DNA of 64,000 bases from Phycisphaerales bacterium (GTDB lineage Bacteria > Planctomycetota > Phycisphaerae > Phycisphaerales > UBA1924), in the NCBI GenBank assembly GCA_965228265.1, contig OZ245804.1, forward strand, positions 207,298 to 271,297, read 5' to 3'. This document shows, piece by piece, positions 56,312 to 64,000 of this stretch (positions are counted from its first letter, which is position 1; the number at the start of each line of letters is the position of its first letter). The position numbers were made by a program, and so were the translations under genes. Below the pieces are notes generated by a model. The model ran no database searches, had not been told where the DNA came from, and saw only the letters and a program-made list of their open reading frames with translations.

Positions 56312-56818
56312 TCACTCCACTGACGCGGCGCTCGGGTTCACACTCGGCGCCGTGTTTTTCTGCGCACCCGATGCTGTAGCCAGGACGATCACACCCGCGA
56401 TGATCAGCGCCACGCCGCCGGCCTTGCGCCAGTCGAAGGACTCGTGCAGGAACAGCACTCCCAGCATCACCGCGATCGCCGGGGCGAGCGAGAACGCGAT
56501 GGGTTTGACGCGGCTGACATCGCCGAAGCTGAGCGCGAGATAGAAGCAGAGCATCCCGCCCGCGCCGGCGATGAGTCCCGAGCCGAAGATGAGTTTGAGC
56601 AGCGTTGCGGTCTCGGCCTGCCAGAACTTCACGGGCTCCATCTTGCGGCCGGCGACCAGGGCCGCCCAGACGGCCCACATGACGGGCAGGGCCACGGTCG
56701 AGCGCACCGCGATAGCCGTGATCGGCCCGATCGCTTTGGTGTGCAAGACGCTCTTGGTGAAGACCTCCCCGACACCCCAGCACAGCCCCGCCAGCACGGC
56801 GAAGACGATCGCGACCAT
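56312..56818 (-). CDS. EamA/DMT-family small transporter
   Basis: About 169 aa with four or five TM helices. Confidence 0.6.
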   Translation of the reverse strand: MVAIVFAVLAGLCWGVGEVFTKSVLHTKAIGPITAIAVRSTVALPVMWAVWAALVAGRKMEPVKFWQAETATLLKLIFGSGLIAGAGGMLCFYLALSFGDVSRVKPIAFSLAPAIAVMLGVLFLHESFDWRKAGGVALIIAGVIVLATASGAQKNTAPSVNPSAASVE

Positions 56819-56829
56819 CGGCACGCTCC

Positions 56830-57324
56830 TTAATGATTGACAGAGATGAACGACAGATGCATCGCGCTGTGGCTGCGGTTGATCGTGATCCACTGCTCGC
56901 GCGTGAGCTCTCCAAAGAGCGGGCTGGCGGGGATGTAGGCGTCGCCATTGCGCGTGCGCTCGATGCATGTGCGGAGCGCTTCCATGCCCTGCTCGAATGT
57001 CACGCCCTGTCGCGGCATGAAGGCGTCCATCTTTGCAGGGATCTTGAAACCGGGCGGGGGCGGGCTGCCGCTGACCGCTTTCTTCTTGAAGAGCACCTGC
57101 GCCATGATCCGGATCGGCATAGGGACCTTGCCGGGCGGGAAGCCGTCGAGCGAGCACGTCCAGAAGTTGGCGATGTGATCGAGGATCTCTGCGGGCGTCC
57201 AGTTGCCGGTGTGCCCGAGGTTCCCGGCGGCATTGGCGGCCTCAAGGCGATCAAGCTCGGCGCTGAGTTCATCGAGCGAGCCGAAACTCAGCTCACGACG
57301 GGGGGCGGTTTTGGTGTTGACCAT
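56830..57324 (-). CDS. Hypothetical protein (164 aa)
   Basis: ORF only. Confidence 0.4.
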   Translation of the reverse strand: MVNTKTAPRRELSFGSLDELSAELDRLEAANAAGNLGHTGNWTPAEILDHIANFWTCSLDGFPPGKVPMPIRIMAQVLFKKKAVSGSPPPPGFKIPAKMDAFMPRQGVTFEQGMEALRTCIERTRNGDAYIPASPLFGELTREQWITINRSHSAMHLSFISVNH

Positions 57325-57352
57325 CTCAGTCCTCTTGCTCGCGGCGTGCTGA

Positions 57353-57817
57353 TTATTCTATGTTGGAACTGGAAGCCGAATGGGGCCTGAGCACATCGAA
57401 CGATCTCATCGGCAGATTTCGTAGCACCCAGAATGACAGTACCACGGCAAGCACCGCCCAACCGACCCACCCGGGTACATTCCAGCGCGTTCGGCTCTCC
57501 GGGCGGAAACATCGATAGACGACCCACGCTGCAGCCGGCACACCGAGCACAAGGACGAGCGAGTTCTGACCCAGGCTTGCGACAATATCGCCCCGAACAA
57601 GTATGTGTGTCGCCCGCGTTGACCCGCACCCGGCGCAGTACCACCCGGTGGTCGAATGGAAAAGGCATCGGTACCACGAGGGATACTCGGCAGGCTTGAC
57701 GAACAGAGCCGCCACGACCCATCCGATCAGAAATAGAGCCGGAACCAATCTCAGTCCGAGGGCCGGTATACTCTGCCGGCTGCCTCTCTGGATTTGATCA
57801 GGAGCCCGAGCGTCCAT
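57353..57817 (-). CDS. DUF2752-like membrane protein
   Basis: WYCAGCGSTRA motif within TM segments. Confidence 0.45.
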   Translation of the reverse strand: MDARAPDQIQRGSRQSIPALGLRLVPALFLIGWVVAALFVKPAEYPSWYRCLFHSTTGWYCAGCGSTRATHILVRGDIVASLGQNSLVLVLGVPAAAWVVYRCFRPESRTRWNVPGWVGWAVLAVVLSFWVLRNLPMRSFDVLRPHSASSSNIE

Positions 57818-58166
57818 GTACTGCCCCAACTGCGGCCAACAACAGCCAGATACCGGTGTGAACTGTAGCTCCTGCGGCTCGGCGCTCCCAAGACTAGCTC
57901 CTCCACCCATCCCGAGTTTCGCCGACGAGGCGGGCATGCTGATCCCCGTGAACGTTGAGCCGTTCAGCATGATCGCCGGGTATCTGGGTATTTTCGGCTT
58001 CTTCTTCGCGGGGCTCCCGGGCCTCTTCGCGGTGGCTTCCGGGATCATTGGCCTCAAGCAGTTGAAACTGAAACCAGAAAGCAAAGGCGTCGCCCGTGCC
58101 TGGACCGGCATTATCCTCGGAACGGTTCAATGTATCCTGCTCACATGGCTCATCTTCCTGTTGTAA
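57816..58166 (+). CDS. Zinc-ribbon + DUF4190-like small membrane protein
   Basis: MYCPNCG...CSSCG, then two TM helices. Confidence 0.5.
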   Translation: MYCPNCGQQQPDTGVNCSSCGSALPRLAPPPIPSFADEAGMLIPVNVEPFSMIAGYLGIFGFFFAGLPGLFAVASGIIGLKQLKLKPESKGVARAWTGIILGTVQCILLTWLIFLL

Positions 58167-58214
58167 GCTGACGACGGATCAGGTCTCACACGTAAGACAA
58201 GCGAGCAACAAGCC

Positions 58215-58574
58215 ATGTACTGCGCGAAATGTGGTTCACTCAACGACGACAATAACTTCCGTTGCATGCAGTGCGGCGAGCAACTACTCAGAGCCGGCGG
58301 ACACGGCGGGGTCGCCAACGACGGGCTGGGGCCGGCACCGTCGGGCCTGGCGACGGCCATCATCGTGACCATTCTTTGCTGCTGGCCCTTTGGAATCCCG
58401 GCGATCGTCTTCGCGGCACAGACTATGGGGCACAACTCAGCCGGGCGATTCCAGGAAGCACACCAGACTTCTCAACAATCCAAGAAGTGGAGCTGGATTG
58501 CCTTCGGAATCGGGCTCGTTACCGGGCTGATCTATACGGCCATCACCATCCTGAGCGCGACAGCCACTCCCTGA
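58215..58574 (+). CDS. Zinc-ribbon + CD225/dispanin-family small membrane protein
   Basis: MYCAKCG...CMQCG, then IVTILCCWPFGIPAIVFAAQ. Confidence 0.5.
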   Translation: MYCAKCGSLNDDNNFRCMQCGEQLLRAGGHGGVANDGLGPAPSGLATAIIVTILCCWPFGIPAIVFAAQTMGHNSAGRFQEAHQTSQQSKKWSWIAFGIGLVTGLIYTAITILSATATP

Positions 58575-58665
58575 TTCCGTTGCCAGAAAGCGTTCATGCC
58601 GGCCTACCAAAGAAACAGCCCCGCACATGGCGGGGCTGCTCGGGTGGATCGGGGTGACGCCGGGA

Positions 58666-60273
<1,608 letters not shown>

Positions 60274-60330
60274 CTATCTGAAACCAGCTCCCGTTAGACT
60301 CCGGACAGTCACCATCTCTCCGGAGCAAGT

Positions 60331-61698
60331 ATGCCCAAACTCACCGACACAGGCCTGTACTTTCTTGCGTGGCTCGCCGCTGCTGGGGCCCTGCCGACCA
60401 TGGGCCAGATCCTCAACGAGGACCGCAAACTCATCGCGTCTGATGGGGTGCTCTTTGACCTCTTCGGTCATTCCATCGCCATCGACGGCGGGATCGTTGC
60501 GGTCGGTGCCTCCCAGAATGATGACTATGGCTTTTCTTCGGGGGCGGCATATCTCTTCGATGCCACCACGGGCAGCGAACTCCACAAGCTCCTTCCGGAC
60601 GATGGAGCCGCGGACGATAACTTCGGCATTTCGATCGGCATCGACGGCGGCATCGTCGTCGTCGGGACATTCATCGCCGTTTCTGGCGCCGTGAACCCGT
60701 ACGCGGCGTATCTCTTTGATGCAAATACCGGAGCACAGCTCCACAAGCTCCTCCCGGAGGACGGCCAGACTGGGAGACTCTTCGGCTTCGCCGTGGCGAT
60801 CGACAGCGGCGTCGTTGTCGTGGGTGCGTGGGGAGACTCAAGCACGCTCCCTCAACAGGGTTCGGCCTATCTCTTCGACGCGGCTACGGGTGAGCAACTC
60901 TTCAAACTCAAACCCGGCACCGAGAGCGGCGGGGATAACTTCGGCTTCGCCGTCGACATCGATGACGGGATTGTCGCCATCGGGGCATACCGGGACGATG
61001 ATCTCGGCTTTGATGCTGGTGCTGCGTATCTTTTCGATGCCGTCACGGGCAGCTTGCTCTACAAGCTTCTCCCCGACGACGGGGCCGCGGGCGATGAGTT
61101 CGGGCGCTCCATCGCCATCGACAACGGCGTTGTTGCTGTTGGCGCAATTCGAGACGACGACGACGGCACGGACTCCGGGTCGGTCTATCTCTTCGATGCC
61201 GCAACAGGCACACAGCTATGGAAGCTCCTCGCTGACGATGGCGCGGAGTTCAAGCATCTGGGGTATTCCGTCGCTATCAATCACGGCACCGTTGCCGCGG
61301 GCGCCTGGATCTCGAATGATAACGGCAGCGGTTCAGGTTCGGCGTATCTGTTCGATGCCGCTGCCGGCACGCAGCTCGCCAAGCTGCTCCCGAGCGATGG
61401 AACGACAGATGAGCGTTTCGGCACGTCCGTCGCCGTTGGTGGTGATTTGGCTACGGTCGGTGCTTACTTCGGCAACACCGTTCACGGCAGCCAGACCGGT
61501 TCTGCGTTCGTCTTTACCGCCCCAGCAGCACCCTGCATCGCCGATGTGAATGGCGACGGTGTACTGTCACCTGCCGACTTCTCCGCCTGGGTCGCCGCGT
61601 TCAATGCCGGCACGCCCGCGTGCGATCAGAACGGCGACGGTTCTTGCACGCCGGCTGACTTCTCCGCCTGGGTCGCCAACTACAACGCCGGATGCTGA
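60331..61698 (+). CDS. FG-GAP repeat (integrin-alpha-like beta-propeller) protein with two C-terminal DxNGDG dockerin/EF-hand-like repeats
   Basis: Seven or more repeats FG.S[IV]AIDGG.VVVGA....D.....G.AYLFDA.TG.QL.KL. C-terminal DVNGDGVLSPADFSAWVAAFNAG / DQNGDGSCTPADFSAWVANYNAG. Confidence 0.7.
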   Translation: MPKLTDTGLYFLAWLAAAGALPTMGQILNEDRKLIASDGVLFDLFGHSIAIDGGIVAVGASQNDDYGFSSGAAYLFDATTGSELHKLLPDDGAADDNFGISIGIDGGIVVVGTFIAVSGAVNPYAAYLFDANTGAQLHKLLPEDGQTGRLFGFAVAIDSGVVVVGAWGDSSTLPQQGSAYLFDAATGEQLFKLKPGTESGGDNFGFAVDIDDGIVAIGAYRDDDLGFDAGAAYLFDAVTGSLLYKLLPDDGAAGDEFGRSIAIDNGVVAVGAIRDDDDGTDSGSVYLFDAATGTQLWKLLADDGAEFKHLGYSVAINHGTVAAGAWISNDNGSGSGSAYLFDAAAGTQLAKLLPSDGTTDERFGTSVAVGGDLATVGAYFGNTVHGSQTGSAFVFTAPAAPCIADVNGDGVLSPADFSAWVAAFNAGTPACDQNGDGSCTPADFSAWVANYNAGC

Positions 61699-61705
61699 CG
61701 TCGGG

Positions 61706-62590
61706 TCAGGGCCCGTACGCCCGGCGCCAGGCGTCGGGCGAGCGGTGCTTGCGCGGGTCCACGTAGAACGTGTACTGGCTCGTGTCCGCGCCGCTCTCCA
61801 TGCGCTCGGACCGGACCGACCCGTCCAGGAAGGCCAGATGACCCTCGCGCGGGCCATACCAGAAGCCCTCGACCGCCAGAGCGGTCTGGAGCTCGGCGTC
61901 AGAATACCGCCCCGCTTCCATCTGCCCCGCCCCGCCCACGACGACGAAACGCCACGGGTCCGCGGTCACGTTCCTCGGGCCCAGACGCGTCGTGTACGCG
62001 CTGCCCGGGCCGCCCTGGTTGTGGAAACCGATCGCCGCTCCCGGCTGGCACCACATCCACTCGTTGGCGAAGTAGCTCGTCCCGAGGGCCAGGAACGACG
62101 TCTCGGCGATGTGGGCGTCGGTCTCCAGACCCAGTCGCTCCCACACCGGCTCCTCCGGGATCGACAGGTAGTAGAGCCCGTCATCGGCCGGCGAGTGGTA
62201 CACCTCGCTCAGGGCCGTGGTGTTGGCCGCCATGTCCAGATAGGTGTTCAGCGGGCGGGGCAGGTCGGCGACCGGGTCGTCCGAGCCGCTGGGCAGGGTG
62301 TTCACCCCGCCGAAGGACCAGCGGACCCGGCGGTAGGCCTCGGGCAGGCGGTCGGCGGAAGGGAAGTTCCGCTCGGCGTCGGTGTACATCGTGAACCCCA
62401 GCCCGATCTGGCGGAGGTTCGAGAGGCTCTTCAACGACTGGGCGCTCGTCTTGGCCTTGGCCGCCACGGGCACGATGATCCCCATCAGCACCCCGATGAT
62501 CGCGATGACGACCAGGAGCTCGATGAGTGTGAATGCTCGGCCTCGGCTACGCCCCCGCCGAAGATGTGAGGTCGATGTGGTCTCGTTCAT
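61706..62590 (-). CDS. DUF1559 protein with prepilin-type N-terminal methylation motif (Planctomycete H-x9-DG family)
   Basis: GRAFTLIELLVVIAIIGVL and HLAFLDGSVR. Confidence 0.8.
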   Translation of the reverse strand: MNETTSTSHLRRGRSRGRAFTLIELLVVIAIIGVLMGIIVPVAAKAKTSAQSLKSLSNLRQIGLGFTMYTDAERNFPSADRLPEAYRRVRWSFGGVNTLPSGSDDPVADLPRPLNTYLDMAANTTALSEVYHSPADDGLYYLSIPEEPVWERLGLETDAHIAETSFLALGTSYFANEWMWCQPGAAIGFHNQGGPGSAYTTRLGPRNVTADPWRFVVVGGAGQMEAGRYSDAELQTALAVEGFWYGPREGHLAFLDGSVRSERMESGADTSQYTFYVDPRKHRSPDAWRRAYGP

Positions 62591-62832
62591 GCCCCCCGGT
62601 TTCGGATGGCTCGAACGGGGGAGAGAGTCGAACCCCCGTGCCCTGCCCCACTTTCCCAGCCGGAAAGCTCGGCATCCGTCTCAACCGCGTCGTCTGGCCC
62701 GCAGATCCACTTTTTCGCGCCGATCCGCTTGCAACCACAATCCGACCATCCCCATCCGAATCCAAACCGCACCCCACTCGCAGGCCCGAGAACGCGGGTG
62801 TAGGATCGCTGACCATCTATCAGGAGCCCGAG

Positions 62833-64000
62833 ATGAAGATCCACGAATACCAGGCCCGTGAACTGCTCTCCAACGCCGGCGTCCCCGTCCCCGCGGGCAC
62901 GCTGCTCGAATCTGTCGAAGCCGCCGCCGGAACCTACAAAGACATCGCGGGCCAGTCGGGCACGGACCTCGCCGTCATCAAGGCCCAGGTCCACGCGGGC
63001 GGCCGGGGCAAGGCGGGCTTCGTCAAGCTCGTGCGCTCACCCGAGGAAACCACCGAAGCCGCACGCTTCATGCTCAGCAACAAGATGGTCAGCAACCAGA
63101 CCGGGCCCGAGGGGCTCGAGGTCAAGAAGCTGCTCGTCGCCGCGGGCGTCGACATCGCGCACGAGTACTACCTCGCCATCACCGTCGATCGCACGCGTCG
63201 GCGGAACATCCTGATCGCCTCGCGCGAGGGCGGCGTCGAGATCGAGAAAGTCGCGGAAGAAAACCCCGACGCCATCATCAAGCAGGAACTCCACCCCCTG
63301 CTCGGGCTCCAGCCATACGCCGCGCGCAACATCGCCTTCCAGCTCGGCTTCACGGGCAAGCAGGTCGGGCAGGCCGTCAAGGTCATGACCAACCTCGCCA
63401 AGCTCTTCGTTGAGAAGGACTGCTCGCTCGCCGAGATCAACCCGCTCATCGTCACCCCGCCCAGCGACAAGCACCCCGACGGCGAGGTCCTCGCCATCGA
63501 CGCCAAGTTCAACTTCGACGACAACGGCCTCTTCCGTCACAAGGAGATCCAGGCCCTCTTCGACCCCACCGAAGAAAACCCCGCCGAGATGCGCGCCAGC
63601 CGAATGGGCCTGAGCTACATCGCACTCGACGGCAACATCGGCTGCCTCGTCAACGGCGCGGGCCTGGCCATGGCGACCATGGACACCATCAAGCTCCACG
63701 GCGGGGAGCCGGCCAACTTCCTCGACGTCGGCGGCGGCGCGAGCGAGGAAGCCGTCACCGAAGCCTTCAGCATCATCCTCTCCGACGACGCCGTGAAGGG
63801 CATCCTCGTCAACATCTTCGGTGGGATCATGGACTGCGCCGTGATCGCCCAGGGCATCGTCAACGCGGCCAAGAGCATCGGCTTCAAGGTGCCGCTGGTT
63901 GTGAGGCTCGAGGGCACGAACGTGGACGCGGGTCGCGAGATCCTCAAGAAGGCCGCGGGCGATCTGCCGACGCTTCAGGCGGCGAGTGATCTTGGGGATG
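62833..64000 (+). CDS. sucC: Succinate--CoA ligase (ADP-forming) beta subunit, 3' end outside window
   Basis: [12 protein letters not shown]...[17 protein letters not shown]...INPL and [18 protein letters not shown]. Confidence 0.9.
   Translation, partial: MKIHEYQARELLSNAGVPVPAGTLLESVEAAAGTYKDIAGQSGTDLAVIKAQVHAGGRGKAGFVKLVRSPEETTEAARFMLSNKMVSNQTGPEGLEVKKLLVAAGVDIAHEYYLAITVDRTRRRNILIASREGGVEIEKVAEENPDAIIKQELHPLLGLQPYAARNIAFQLGFTGKQVGQAVKVMTNLAKLFVEKDCSLAEINPLIVTPPSDKHPDGEVLAIDAKFNFDDNGLFRHKEIQALFDPTEENPAEMRASRMGLSYIALDGNIGCLVNGAGLAMATMDTIKLHGGEPANFLDVGGGASEEAVTEAFSIILSDDAVKGILVNIFGGIMDCAVIAQGIVNAAKSIGFKVPLVVRLEGTNVDAGREILKKAAGDLPTLQAASDLGD

Overview
This is a high-GC (~65-70%) bacterial chromosome segment, probably Planctomycetota. 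The evidence for that is a DUF1559 protein with a prepilin-like N-terminus and an H-x9-DG motif, an ECF-sigma/Ser-Thr-kinase gene pair, and a PEP-CTERM-like protein. The left ~8.7 kb and the right ~16 kb are ordinary backbone. On the left this is a TetR regulator, redox enzymes, and an ECF sigma/DoxX pair. On the right it is rpmF-plsX-fabH-fabD-fabG, atpD, an FG-GAP protein and sucC. Between them, coordinates 8751-47928 look like a ~39 kb composite integrated region at tRNA-Lys(CTT) (minus strand, 47929-48001). A 42-bp direct repeat of the tRNA 3' half sits at 8709-8750, and a shorter copy (26/27 nt) sits at 28046-28071, which suggests two tandem islands. An older, decayed copy of the island-end sequence is at ~6190-6560. 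No integrase is present. Island I (8751-28045) carries three defence modules. The first is a divergent NERD-nuclease / PLD-nuclease+SF2-helicase+DUF3427-like pair. The second is McrBC. The third is a 7-gene, translationally coupled type I R-M operon: half-HsdS, HsdM, HsdS, a SIR2-like (DUF4917-type) protein, an uncharacterised 570-aa protein, HsdR, and a YgjP/M48 peptidase. The SIR2-like/570-aa pair embedded between hsdS and hsdR is the best candidate for an undescribed effector module. Island II (28072-47928) carries rtcBA and CARF-sigma54 rtcR, separated by a 4-tRNA cluster (His, Arg, Pro, and an atypical class-I tRNA with anticodon UAG) and an SPFH gene. It also carries tRNA-like relics, a B12-radical-SAM/membrane-protein pair, an ECF-sigma/Ser-Thr kinase pair, a decayed paralogue of the NERD/PLD-helicase pair, an IS3 orfA remnant, and an AT-rich Lamassu-like cassette (DUF4297 nuclease + SMC-like ATPase) immediately next to the tRNA. 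No CRISPR array was seen.
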